This document shows, piece after piece, positions 18,059 through 27,346 of a stretch of DNA of 64,000 nt (position 1 is the stretch's first letter; the number at the start of each line of letters is the position of its first letter). The translations under genes and the position numbers were made by a program. The notes under the pieces were generated by a model that worked only from the letters and a program-made list of their open reading frames with translations, searched no databases and had not been told where the DNA came from. The stretch is taken from the NCBI GenBank assembly GCA_965228475.1, contig OZ245817.1:1600001-1664000 (forward strand). Reading direction: 5' to 3'. The DNA is from Myxococcota bacterium. Its GTDB lineage: Bacteria > Myxococcota_A > UBA9160 > JAFDDA01.

Positions 18059-19308
18059 TGCCGGGTCTCCTGTTGGGGTTGTCGAGAGTCGATGTCCTCG
18101 AGCTCCTTGCCGGCCGTTTCCGGCAGGAAGAGCGCGACGGCTCCGGCGGCCAGGGCGGCGGCGGGGAGAACGCGGAGGATGGAGGGGCCGTGGCCGGCGC
18201 CCGCTTGATGGAACGCACTCTCCAAGGCGAGCCCGAGGGCCCCGCCGCCGGCGAGCGCGAGCATCCGGAGGCCCGAGGCGGTGGCCCGTTGCAGCGTCGG
18301 AAACATCTCGGTCCCGATGGCTCCGAGCAGCACGTCCGCCGCCATGAAGCCCATCATCATCGCGACCCAGGCCACGGCGACCTGACCCTCTCCGGTGTAG
18401 AAGCCCAGCGCGCCTGCCAGGTGGAGGGCGAGCGCTCCCAGCAGGACGGGGCGTCGGCCGAGACGGTCGGAGAGGGCTCCGGCCAGCGGATAGGCCACGA
18501 GCGCGAGTGTTCCGCCCCCGATGACGAGCCGGGTCACGTCCGGGGGCGAGTAGCCATGAACCTCTTGCAGGGTCTTCGAGACGAAGGCGAGGGCGGCGCC
18601 GGAGCTCGCGCCGAAGCCGGCCATGGCGACGAGGAGAGCGAGGCTGGCACCCCGTCGTGTGCGGAACAGCGCAGCGAGCTTCGCTCGCACGGACGGCGCC
18701 CCCTGGGAGGCGCGCTCGCGAGTGAACCGGGGGCTCTCCGCCAGGTTGCGGCGCATCCACCAGAGCAGCGGGAGGGGCAGGGCGCCGAGCAGATAGAGCG
18801 CGCGCCAGCCGAACGGCAGGTGCTCGACGAAGCCGTAGGCGATCGCCGCGAGCCCGTGGCCGGCGGCGCCGAAGATCGCGAGCCAGCCGAAGGCTCGCCC
18901 TCGAACGGCGGCGGGGAGTGCCTCCGCGACGAAGACGATCGCGATCACCTCTTCGGCGGCGATGCAAGCCCGGGCCAGGAACTGGAGCGCTCCGAAGGTC
19001 CGCGCATCGGGGGCGAAGGCGGAGAGGGTCGTCGTGAGGGCGAAGCCTGCGATCGTCAAAGCAAGGAGTCGTCGGCGCCCGGTGTGGTCTGCGGCGAGGG
19101 CGAAGCCGAGGGCCGCGATCGCGCCGAGACGCACCGCCGCGAGGAAGTTTCCCGTGCTCCCCTCGGCGATGCCGAGCTCGGCCTGGATCTGGGGCAGGGC
19201 GAGCCCGAGCAGGGCCATGTCGTATTGGTTCATGAGGAAGGTCAGGCCGAGGACCGAGACGAGGGAGAAGCCGCCAGGTCCGAAGCGCGGTTCGCGACGT
19301 TCCTTCAT
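18055..19308 (-). CDS. MFS transporter
   Basis: About 12 hydrophobic segments. Motif A-like ADHTGRR and SDRLGRR. EMFPTLQRATASG and LPETAGK motifs. Start could instead be 19323. Confidence 0.9.
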   Translation of the reverse strand: MKERREPRFGPGGFSLVSVLGLTFLMNQYDMALLGLALPQIQAELGIAEGSTGNFLAAVRLGAIAALGFALAADHTGRRRLLALTIAGFALTTTLSAFAPDARTFGALQFLARACIAAEEVIAIVFVAEALPAAVRGRAFGWLAIFGAAGHGLAAIAYGFVEHLPFGWRALYLLGALPLPLLWWMRRNLAESPRFTRERASQGAPSVRAKLAALFRTRRGASLALLVAMAGFGASSGAALAFVSKTLQEVHGYSPPDVTRLVIGGGTLALVAYPLAGALSDRLGRRPVLLGALALHLAGALGFYTGEGQVAVAWVAMMMGFMAADVLLGAIGTEMFPTLQRATASGLRMLALAGGGALGLALESAFHQAGAGHGPSILRVLPAAALAAGAVALFLPETAGKELEDIDSRQPQQETRQ

Positions 19309-19358
19309 CGCGCGGCCCTGCATCGGGTAGAGTCGAACCCGCCGATGAAGGAGATGGC

Positions 19359-20003
19359 ATGAGTCGACGCGAAGAGTCGGACATGCGCCGGCGTCCCCGG
19401 CAGAGTCGTTCGCGAGACCTGGTCGAGGCGATCCTCGTCGCGACGGAGCGCGTGATCGCCGCCCACGGCATCGAGGGTGCGACCACGAACCGGATCGCGG
19501 AGGTCGCCGGTGTCAGCATCGGTTCGCTCTACCAGTACTTCCCGAACAAGGATGCGCTCGTCGCGCTCGCACGAGAACGCAGCGCGGGCCGGTTCCAGGC
19601 CGACGTCGACCCCGAGGTCGAAAAGCTCCTCGAGCTCCCGCTCGAAGCCGCGGTCCGCGGCCTCGTCGGGCTGTTGATCGAGCGGCATCGCGAGGAGCTC
19701 GCGTTGCACAACGCGCTGGTCGAGACGCCGGACACGTTGCACGACGCCCTGCAGGAGCGTTGGGCCGGGGTCGTCGAAGCCTACCTGGCCGCGCACCGGG
19801 CCGAGATCCGGCCGACGAACCTCGCGCTCGCCGCGCGCATCGGTCTCGAGGTCATCGAATCCCTGACCCACGGCGTCGCGCTGCGCGACCCGGCCCTGCT
19901 CGAAGACCCCGAGTTCGCCGAAGAGCTGTGCGCGCTCCTGCTCGGCTACCTGCGCCGGTCTCCCGGATCTGGCGTCGCGTCCGTCCATCCCGAAAGAGGA
20001 TGA
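19359..20003 (+). CDS. TetR/AcrR family transcriptional regulator
   Basis: PRQSRS...ATTNRIAEVAGVSIGSLYQYFPNK helix-turn-helix. Divergent from the MFS-VOC pair. SD AAGGAG. Confidence 0.92.
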   Translation: MSRREESDMRRRPRQSRSRDLVEAILVATERVIAAHGIEGATTNRIAEVAGVSIGSLYQYFPNKDALVALARERSAGRFQADVDPEVEKLLELPLEAAVRGLVGLLIERHREELALHNALVETPDTLHDALQERWAGVVEAYLAAHRAEIRPTNLALAARIGLEVIESLTHGVALRDPALLEDPEFAEELCALLLGYLRRSPGSGVASVHPERG

Positions 20004-20145
20004 GGGGCCGGGCGCCGTCGGACCGCTCGCGTTCGAAGCCTGGAAGGGGAGCCGCAACTCCCTGCCGTTCCAGGAGAAAGGCGCTTTCCGGGGATGGCGT
20101 GGCGGGCGCTCGCCCGGCGCCACTCGCGTTCCGGTCCGCTTCGCC

Positions 20146-21573
20146 CTAGCGCTCGCGGAAGAGCGCGGCGAAGAACACCAGCACCGCCAGGATCTCGAGC
20201 CGGCCGGCGATCATGACGGCCGAGAGCATGAGCTTCGTGTGGGCCGGGAACCCGGCGTAGCCCTCGGTGGGGCCGGCATCGCCGAGCGCCGGGCCGACGT
20301 TGCCGACGGCCGACGCGCCGACCGAGACCGCCGTCGCGAGGTCGTACCCCGAGGCCGCCACCCAGAACGCGGTGAACGCCACGAGCAGCGCGTAGGCGAA
20401 GAGGAATCCCCAGACGCCCGAGAGGACGGCGTTCGTGACCGGCCGGTCGTCGTGCTTCACGCGCTGGACGGCCTTCGGGTGGAGCTGCTGGATGATCGCG
20501 TCCGAGAGCACGCGCAGCGAGAGCAGGACGCGCATCCCCTTCACGCCGCCCGTGGTCGAGCCGGCCATTCCGCCGAGCAGCATCAGCACGAGCAGGATCA
20601 TCTGGGGCCCCATGGGCCACTCGTCGAAGACGGCGCTGTGGTAGCCCGTGCCGGTCATGAGCGCGACGACCTGGAAGGCGGCTTTGCGGATCCCGTCCTC
20701 CTCGGCCCCGGCGCGGCCCAGCAGGATGGTCATCAGGATCGAGACGAACCCCACCATGAACAGGAAGTAGTGGAGTTCCCGGTCGCGCAGGGCCTGCCGG
20801 AAGCGGCCGGTCAGGAGCTCGAAGTGGACGGCGTAGTTGATGCCGCCGATCACCATGAAGACGATCACGATCCACTCGATCGCCGGCGAGGCGAAGGCGC
20901 GGATGGAGTCGTCGCGCGTCGAGAAGCCGCCCGTCGCGGCGGTGGTCATGGAATGGCAGACTGCTTCGAAGACGGACATGCCGGCCAGGGAGAGCAGCAC
21001 GATCTCGGCGCCGGTGACGCCCAGGTAGATCAGCCAGAGGCGCCGGGCCGTCTCGGCCATGCGCGGCGCGATCTTCTCGGTCACCGGAGACGGCGACTCC
21101 GCGCGGAAGAGCTGCATCCCGCCGACGCCGAGCAGCGGGAGCAGGGCGACCGCGAAGACGATGATCCCCATGCCTCCGAGCCACTGGGTGAGCGAGCGCC
21201 ACAGGAGGATCGAGCGGGGCTGCTGCTCGAGGCCCGAGAGGACCGTTGCGCCGGTCGTGGTGAAGCCGGCGCTCGATTCGAAGAGCGCGTCGACCACGCC
21301 GGCGGTGCTCGAGAAGACGTAGGGCGCCGCGCCGAGCAGCGAGGCCACGACCCAGGCGAGCACCACGACCACGAACCCGTCGCGCGGGCGGAAGGGCTGG
21401 GGGTTTCGGGGCAGGGTGCCGATCAGGATCGCCCCCGGTACGGCCGCGAGCAGCGCCGAGGCGACGAAGGGGAGGGTCGGCTCCCCGTAGAGCCACGCGG
21501 TGGCGATCGGCAGGAGCTGGAAGGCGCCGAGCCCGAGCCCGAGCCAGGCGAGGATCTGGACGATCGTCGTCAT
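20146..21573 (-). CDS. trkH: TrkH family potassium uptake membrane protein
   Basis: FESSAGFTTTGAT, WLGGMGII, TAATGGFS, GGMAGSTTGGVK, GNVGPALG and GRLE motifs. Confidence 0.93.
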   Translation of the reverse strand: MTTIVQILAWLGLGLGAFQLLPIATAWLYGEPTLPFVASALLAAVPGAILIGTLPRNPQPFRPRDGFVVVVLAWVVASLLGAAPYVFSSTAGVVDALFESSAGFTTTGATVLSGLEQQPRSILLWRSLTQWLGGMGIIVFAVALLPLLGVGGMQLFRAESPSPVTEKIAPRMAETARRLWLIYLGVTGAEIVLLSLAGMSVFEAVCHSMTTAATGGFSTRDDSIRAFASPAIEWIVIVFMVIGGINYAVHFELLTGRFRQALRDRELHYFLFMVGFVSILMTILLGRAGAEEDGIRKAAFQVVALMTGTGYHSAVFDEWPMGPQMILLVLMLLGGMAGSTTGGVKGMRVLLSLRVLSDAIIQQLHPKAVQRVKHDDRPVTNAVLSGVWGFLFAYALLVAFTAFWVAASGYDLATAVSVGASAVGNVGPALGDAGPTEGYAGFPAHTKLMLSAVMIAGRLEILAVLVFFAALFRER

Positions 21574-21620
21574 GGAGCGCGAAAGGTAACCCTCGCCCGG
21601 TTCCCAGGGGAAGGCTTTCG

Positions 21621-23504
21621 CTACGGGAGTTCGAGCTCTCGGGGCGGGCGCTCGATGCCTTCGTCCCGCAGCCGGAGCGCGTGGTCGAGGCGCACGGCGG
21701 CCTGGATCAGGCCGAGGTGGCTGAAGGCCTGGGGGAAGTTCCCGAGCGGCTCGGCGGATTCCGGATCCACCTGTTCGGCCAGGAGCCCCACGTGGTTGCT
21801 GGCCTGCTGATGGAGCTGATAGACCTCGAGGGCTTCGTCGAGCTCGCCGGCCAGGGCGAGGGCTTCGGCGAGCCAGAATCCACACAGGACGAAGGCGCCT
21901 TCGCCGGTGCCGATGCCGTCGTCGGTCTTGTAGCGATAGAGGAAGCGGCCGGCGCCGAGCTCCTGGACGACCCGCTCCCGGGTGCGCACGACCGCCGGGT
22001 GCTGGGCGTCGAGGAAGCCGTGCAGCGGGAAGAGCAGGAGCGTCGCATCGACCGCGCTCCCGCCGTAGACCGAGGCGAAGCTCCCGGTGGCTTCGTCGAT
22101 GCCCCGGGCGAGGATCTCTTCCCGGAGCGAATCGCGCTCGGCCCGCCAGGCCTTGGCCTGCTCCGCCTGCCCGAAGAGCGGTGCGAGCTCGACCGCTTCG
22201 CTGAGCGCGACCCAGGTCATGAGCTTCGAGTGCACGTGGTGTTCGGGCTTGAAGCGCGGCTCCCAGATGCCCTGGTCCGGCTGCCGGCCGGAGATGGCGG
22301 CCTGGTCGACCAGCACCCGGATCTGTCGCCAGAGCCCGAGGTCGAGGGCGCTTCCCTGGCGTTCGTGCAGCGCGATGGCGTCGAGCAGCGACCCGGTGAT
22401 GTCGTTCTGGAGCTGGTCCTTCGCGGCGTTCCCGATGCGCACGGGCCCGGCGCCGCGGTAGCCCGAGAGGTGGTCGAGCAGCAGCTCTTCCGGGACCTCG
22501 TCGCCTTCGATGCCGACCATGAGGTCGAGCTGGCCGCGGCGGTCGATCGTTTCGCGCACGAAGTGGAAGAAGCCGCGGGCCTCCTCGTGGTACCCGATCA
22601 GGTTCATGGCGCGGATGGCCATGGCGCTGTCGCGGACCCAGGAGAAGCGGTAGTCCCAGTTGCGCGAGCCATCGAGGGCTTCGGGCAGGCTCGTCGTCGG
22701 CGCGGCGACCATGGCGCCCGAGGGCTTGTACTGCAGGAGCTTCAGGGTGAGCGCCGAGCGCATCACGTCGTGGCGCCAGGGGCCTTCGTACTGGAGCTGC
22801 GACGTCCAGCGCCTCCAGAAGGTGCGGGTGGCGCGCATGTGGTCGTAGGGGCGATAGGCGAGCACCGGCTCGGGCTTCACGCCGCCCCAGGAAAGGATGA
22901 ACCACGCGCGCTCGCCCTGGCGGAGCTGCGCGCGCGCCACGAGCCCGCCGCCGGCACGCGGTTCGAAGCGGAACGCGCTGCTCACCGAGAGCGAGCAGCG
23001 CTCGCCGCCCGGCCCCTCGGCCACGGCGCCGTGCTCGGCGGTGTGCACGCGGGTCTCCCCGCGGCCGTAGTCGAAGCGCGGATCGAAGACGATCTCGAAC
23101 TCGAGGGTGCCCTCGTGCACCTCGAGCAGGCGGTGGACCTGGCTGACGGTGAAGCGCGGGTCCTCCGTCCAGGGCATGAAGTCGGTCAGGCACGCGACGC
23201 CGCGGTCCGGGGCGCGGAAGAGCGTCTGGAGCACGTTGGTCTGGGAGTCGTAGGCCTGCAGGCTCTCGAAGGGGCGCCGCGCCGGGCACACGCGGAAGCT
23301 CCCGCCGTTCTCGGGGTCGAGCAGGGAGGCGAACAGGCTCGGCGAGTCGAAGCGCGGCAGGCACAGCCACTCGACGCCCCCATCGACGCCGACGAGTGCC
23401 GCGGTCGACCCATCGCCGATCACGGCGTGACGGCCGAGCGGCGCGGCTTCGCCGTCGACGACGAAGGGTTCGGCCAGGCGCGCAGCGGTGGTGTAGAGAT
23501 CCAT
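21621..23504 (-). CDS. Glycoside hydrolase family 15 (glucoamylase/trehalase-like)
   Basis: WLCLPRFDSPS, AAPTTSLPE, RNWDYRFSWVRD, GIWE and GNFPQAFSH motifs. Confidence 0.93.
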   Translation of the reverse strand: MDLYTTAARLAEPFVVDGEAAPLGRHAVIGDGSTAALVGVDGGVEWLCLPRFDSPSLFASLLDPENGGSFRVCPARRPFESLQAYDSQTNVLQTLFRAPDRGVACLTDFMPWTEDPRFTVSQVHRLLEVHEGTLEFEIVFDPRFDYGRGETRVHTAEHGAVAEGPGGERCSLSVSSAFRFEPRAGGGLVARAQLRQGERAWFILSWGGVKPEPVLAYRPYDHMRATRTFWRRWTSQLQYEGPWRHDVMRSALTLKLLQYKPSGAMVAAPTTSLPEALDGSRNWDYRFSWVRDSAMAIRAMNLIGYHEEARGFFHFVRETIDRRGQLDLMVGIEGDEVPEELLLDHLSGYRGAGPVRIGNAAKDQLQNDITGSLLDAIALHERQGSALDLGLWRQIRVLVDQAAISGRQPDQGIWEPRFKPEHHVHSKLMTWVALSEAVELAPLFGQAEQAKAWRAERDSLREEILARGIDEATGSFASVYGGSAVDATLLLFPLHGFLDAQHPAVVRTRERVVQELGAGRFLYRYKTDDGIGTGEGAFVLCGFWLAEALALAGELDEALEVYQLHQQASNHVGLLAEQVDPESAEPLGNFPQAFSHLGLIQAAVRLDHALRLRDEGIERPPRELELP

Positions 23505-23580
23505 GGCTTCTCGCGTCTTCGGCCCGCGGGCCAAAAACTCAATGAAAATCAGTCAGTTGTGCGAATTCGGGCGCCCGGGT

Positions 23581-23609
23581 TTGACGGCCTCTCCGGCGTG
23601 CTTATCCAT
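23581..23609 (+). promoter_or_regulatory. Possible promoter upstream of the Hsp20 gene
   Basis: TTGACG followed by CTTATCCAT in an intergenic region. Could be sigma70- or sigma32-like. Confidence 0.35.
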
Positions 23610-23636
23610 GCTGCCACGTCACGATAGGAGGACGCC

Positions 23637-24047
23637 ATGACTCTGCACACTGCACCCACCTTGTTCGATCGATTCTTCACCGATTTCGATTCGTCCTTCG
23701 TGAACCGAGCGACGCCGCAGGCTGCCCGGCCCGCCGTCGATCTCGTGGCTTTCGAGGACCGGATCGAGCTCCACGCGGACCTGCCCGGTCTGACGGAGAA
23801 GGACATCGAGGTCCACTTCGAGGACGGTGCGTTGACCGTCCGCGGCAAGCGCGATCTCGACGTCCCGGAGGGCGGCCGGCTGCTCCGGCGCGAGCGCGGC
23901 GGCGCGACCTTCGTCCGCTCCTTCGCGCTCGGCGAGGAGGTCGACGTGGATGGCATCGCCGCCACGATGAAGGACGGCGTGCTGCGCATCACGCTCCCGA
24001 AGAGCGAGCGTGTCCGCCCGCGCCAGATCCAGGTCCAGGTGAACTAG
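23637..24047 (+). CDS. Hsp20/alpha-crystallin small heat shock protein
   Basis: PAVDL...ADLPG...F.RSF.L...A.MKDGVL.I.LPK. SD AGGAGG. Confidence 0.95.
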   Translation: MTLHTAPTLFDRFFTDFDSSFVNRATPQAARPAVDLVAFEDRIELHADLPGLTEKDIEVHFEDGALTVRGKRDLDVPEGGRLLRRERGGATFVRSFALGEEVDVDGIAATMKDGVLRITLPKSERVRPRQIQVQVN

Positions 24048-24057
24048 CTCGCCTGCG

Positions 24058-24876
24058 CTAGGACGCGCTCGAGCCTGACGCCGCTTCGTTCCCTGCCGTC
24101 TCTCCCCGAGGCGGCAGGGCGAGGCGGCGTCCGTTCTTCAGGTCGAAGATCGGGGTGCGCGCGAGTCCGCGCCGCTCGAGCCAGAACCGGAAGGACGTCT
24201 CGAGGACGCCGAGGCCGTAGGTCACGGAGCGCTGGAAGTTGATCGAGGACGCTTCCTCGAAGTAGGCCGTCGGGCAGCTCACCTCACCGATGCGGAACTT
24301 CGCGAACAGGATCTGCGCGAGCATCTGGTTGTCGAACACGAAGTCGTCGCTGTTCTCTTCGAGCGGGAGCGCTTCGATCACCTCGCGCCGGAAGGCGCGG
24401 TAGCCCGTGTGGTACTCGCTCAGCTTGGCGCCGCACAGGAGGTTCTGCGTCGCCGTGAGCAGGCGGTTCGCCAGGTACTTGTAGCCGGGCATGCCGCCGG
24501 CCCGGGCGGTGCCGCCGAGGATGCGTGAGCCGAGCACGGCGTCGTAGGGGCCGTCGGTCAGCAGGCCGACCATCGCCGGGATCAGCTTCGGCGTGTACTG
24601 GTAGTCCGGGTGCAGCATGATCACGACGTCGGCGCCGAGGGCGAGCGCCTCCGCGTAGCACGTCTTCTGGTTGCCCCCGTAGCCCCGGTTGTTCGGGTGG
24701 ACGAGGGTGCGCAGGCCGAGCCGGCGGGCGATCTCCGCCGTGTCGTCGTGGCTGGCGTCGTCGGTCACGACGATCTCGTCGACGAGATCCATCGGGACCT
24801 CGGCGACGGTGCGCTCGAGGGTTTCGGCCGCGTTGTAGGCCGGCATGACGACGACGATCTTTTTTCCGTGGAACAC
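24058..24876 (-). CDS. Glycosyltransferase family 2 (DPM/DPG synthase-like)
   Basis: [24 protein letters not shown] and HPDYQY motifs. GTG start. Confidence 0.92.
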   Translation of the reverse strand: MFHGKKIVVVMPAYNAAETLERTVAEVPMDLVDEIVVTDDASHDDTAEIARRLGLRTLVHPNNRGYGGNQKTCYAEALALGADVVIMLHPDYQYTPKLIPAMVGLLTDGPYDAVLGSRILGGTARAGGMPGYKYLANRLLTATQNLLCGAKLSEYHTGYRAFRREVIEALPLEENSDDFVFDNQMLAQILFAKFRIGEVSCPTAYFEEASSINFQRSVTYGLGVLETSFRFWLERRGLARTPIFDLKNGRRLALPPRGETAGNEAASGSSAS

Positions 24877-24904
24877 GTGGACTGGCTATCCTTCGGCGCT
24901 GCGC

Positions 24905-24987
24905 GCCCGGGTGGCGAAATCGGTAGCCGCGGACGACTTAAAATCGTTTGGCCAATGGCCGTGCAGGTTCGAATCCTGCCCCGGGCA
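24905..24987 (+). tRNA. tRNA-Leu (TAA), CCA not encoded
   Basis: GCCCGGG/CCCGGGC acceptor stem, anticodon loop CTTAAAA, long variable arm, GGTTCGAATCC. Confidence 0.93.
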
Positions 24988-24990
24988 CGC

Positions 24991-25013
24991 CGTTCGGCGC
25001 AACGCGCCGAACG
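24991..25013. terminator. Perfect 10-bp hairpin between convergent tRNA-Leu and the small ORF
   Basis: CGTTCGGCGC-AAC-GCGCCGAACG. No strong U-tract. Confidence 0.5.
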
Positions 25014-25040
25014 AATTCAAACAAGGCTGGGCCGGACCAT

Positions 25041-25340
25041 CTAAGCCGGCTTGATCCGCGTCCGCACCTCTTCGATCTCGAGCAGGGCATCGAGGGCCTC
25101 GCGGTCGAGCAGCGTCGTGCGCTGATAGCCCATCTCGGGAAGCTCGAGCTCGAGGCGGAAGATCTCGCGGGGCGTCTCGAAGACCCGCCGGACACGGACC
25201 GCGCCGTTGCCCTCGACGATCTCCTTGCGAAGCGATTCCACGATGCGCTGGACGCGGTGTTCGCGGCGGGCGACCGGGTCGACCGCCGCCTCGGCGGTGC
25301 GCGCTCGGTTCGCGATCTTGTAGAGGCCGCGCGGCTTCAT
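25041..25340 (-). CDS. Hypothetical protein (99 aa)
   Basis: MKPRGLYKIANRAR... has protein-like composition and GC3-biased codons. Lies downstream of the PilZ gene. Confidence 0.65.
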   Translation of the reverse strand: MKPRGLYKIANRARTAEAAVDPVARREHRVQRIVESLRKEIVEGNGAVRVRRVFETPREIFRLELELPEMGYQRTTLLDREALDALLEIEEVRTRIKPA

Positions 25341-25376
25341 GTCGCTTCCCAGCATACCGCCGCGTCCCGTCGAGCA

Positions 25377-25823
25377 TCAACCGACGGAGGAGGGGTCGTC
25401 CCCTCTCCGTCGCTTGCCTGCCACCAGGCCTTGCAGGGTGGCGAGCTGATCCGGCGTCCCCCCGACGAGCTCGACGCCGACGCCGCGCTCTTCTCCGGGG
25501 GCCAAACTCTTTTTGACCCAGGCCACGCGCCCGACGGCCTCGACCTCGTCCCCGCCGGGGAGCTCGACCTCGAGCAGCAGGCGCCGCCCCGGTTCGAAGG
25601 GTTCGGCGGTGCGAATGAACAGGCCGTTGCGCGAGACGTTCGAACACACCTCCCGGCTCGCCCGGAAGAAGGGCCGTCCGCTGCGCGGGTCGCGCTCGGC
25701 ATCGATGGTGGAGATGCGCACGGGGACGTTCAGGTCCGCGCGGCGCTCCCGGCGAAGCGCCGGCCGCGGCGCTGCCTCGCTCGCATCCCCCGGGCGGCGT
25801 TCCGGATTCTTGGGCTCGTCCAT
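25377..25823 (-). CDS. PilZ domain protein
   Basis: RRERR (RxxxR) and NVSRNG ([DN]xSxxG) motifs, GRVAW and GVGVE strands. SD GAGGAG before ATG 25823. Confidence 0.88.
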   Translation of the reverse strand: MDEPKNPERRPGDASEAAPRPALRRERRADLNVPVRISTIDAERDPRSGRPFFRASREVCSNVSRNGLFIRTAEPFEPGRRLLLEVELPGGDEVEAVGRVAWVKKSLAPGEERGVGVELVGGTPDQLATLQGLVAGKRRRGDDPSSVG

Positions 25824-26044
25824 CCCGTTCTCCTCGGCGGCAATACGCCCGCCTTTCCCGTGCGCATCGGCTTCGGGCGGCGGCAACTGGAGCGCGGCGG
25901 GGCCGTCTCGGGAGGGCGAACGGGCGGCAACTCGCGCTCAAGCCGGGGGCCCGCGCGGCCGAAAAATCCGGGGTCGAAAACCCTCTTTCCTCCGGTCCAG
26001 GACCCCCGCGTTCGTGGCCGGAACCCTGTTTGGAGGACGCGCGC

Positions 26045-27277
26045 GTGGCCCACGCTGATGCCCTGGCGCTGTTCGAGGCCCGTGAGGCGCCCGTCGGGAG
26101 CGTCACGCTCTCCCAGGCGCTCCGCGAAATGCTGCCCTTCGAGGTGCCCGACCGGATGCCTCTGGGCCCCGAGGCCGAAGGCGAGGGCGTTCCGTGTCTC
26201 GCGATCGCCGCGGACGTCCGCCACGTCGCCATCGGCGACCTGCTCGGCCTCGTGCACCGCGCCGAGCTCTCGGGCCTCCTCCTGTTCGGGCACCGCGACC
26301 ACGCCAAGTCCGTGTACGTCCACCGCGGCGAGGTCGTCTTCGCCGCGTCGAATCTCGCGGGGGACCGGATCGGTGAATCCCTGGTGCGCTCCGGCGCGCT
26401 CTCCCTCGACGCCCTGCGCCTGGCCGAGCGCAGCTTCGCGCCGGGCCAGCGCTTCGGGAAGGTCCTCGTCGAACTCGGCCACGTGACGCCGCGCGAGCTC
26501 TGGCACGGCGTGAAGTTCCAGGTCGAGGAGATCGTGCGCTCCCTCTTCTCCTACACGAACGGGTCGGTCTACTTCTTCGCCGGCGAAGTGAAGCCCGACA
26601 ACGTCGTCCGCCTTTCGCTCCCGACCGAGCGCCTCGTCAGCGACGGGAAGGAGCACCGCGAGGAGCTGCGCGCCTTCGTGGAGACCCTGCTGGAACCCGA
26701 GATGGATCTCGTCCGCGTGCCCGGTGCCGGGGAGAACCTCGAGGGGCTCGACCGCCTGATCTACCAGAGCCTCGAGGACGAGACGCGCTTCGAGTCCCTG
26801 CTCGAGAGCGTCGACGTGGAGCCCTGGGCGGCGGCGCGCACGATCCAGATGCTGCGCGGCGTCGGGGCCGTGCGCCTCGAGCCGAAGAGCGCGGCGCCCC
26901 CGCGCGAGCCCGGCGAAGAAGAGCAGTTGCGCAGCTCGGTCACCGCGCACCTGAAGCTGATGACGGAGCTCGCGGCGCCGATCGTCGCGCTCGAGGGCGC
27001 AGCGCCCCTGCGCGAACGCTTCGCGGCCGTCGTCGAAGAGGTATCGCACCGCTACCCGGCGATTCTCCGCGGGGTGCCGGTGCTCGACTCCGGAACGCTC
27101 GACCCCGCGGCGCTGCTCAAGCGCGTGCTCGCCATCGCCGGGGATCGGGAGGAGCCCGTCCGCGTCGCCCTCGGCGAGCTCGTCTCCTACCTGGAGTTCG
27201 AGCTGAAGAACCACCCGGAGATCCTCGACGCCCATCCCTATCTCGCGGCAGTCGAGGGGCTGCGCGCCGAGATCTAG
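26045..27277 (+). CDS. DUF4388/PATAN-like domain protein
   Basis: IGDLLGLVHRAELSGLLLF...KSVYVHRGEVVFAASN...RIGESLVR...RFGKVLVELG pattern. GTG 26045 follows GGAGG. Confidence 0.75.
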   Translation: MAHADALALFEAREAPVGSVTLSQALREMLPFEVPDRMPLGPEAEGEGVPCLAIAADVRHVAIGDLLGLVHRAELSGLLLFGHRDHAKSVYVHRGEVVFAASNLAGDRIGESLVRSGALSLDALRLAERSFAPGQRFGKVLVELGHVTPRELWHGVKFQVEEIVRSLFSYTNGSVYFFAGEVKPDNVVRLSLPTERLVSDGKEHREELRAFVETLLEPEMDLVRVPGAGENLEGLDRLIYQSLEDETRFESLLESVDVEPWAAARTIQMLRGVGAVRLEPKSAAPPREPGEEEQLRSSVTAHLKLMTELAAPIVALEGAAPLRERFAAVVEEVSHRYPAILRGVPVLDSGTLDPAALLKRVLAIAGDREEPVRVALGELVSYLEFELKNHPEILDAHPYLAAVEGLRAEI

Positions 27278-27346
27278 CCGCCCGGCGCGAGCGACCGCGC
27301 CGGCGCCCGGCCCGGAATCGTGCTCCGGCTTCGGGTAGGGTCCGGC

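Noticed and set aside
17696..19519. 607-aa ORF ending in the VOC domain
   Set aside because: Only the last 120 aa (from 18058) are real. The rest overlaps the MFS gene out of frame.
20146..23370. Apparent 1074-aa fusion ORF ending in TrkH
   Set aside because: The upstream part is an off-frame read of the GH15 gene (Arg/Pro-rich junk). TrkH starts at 21573.
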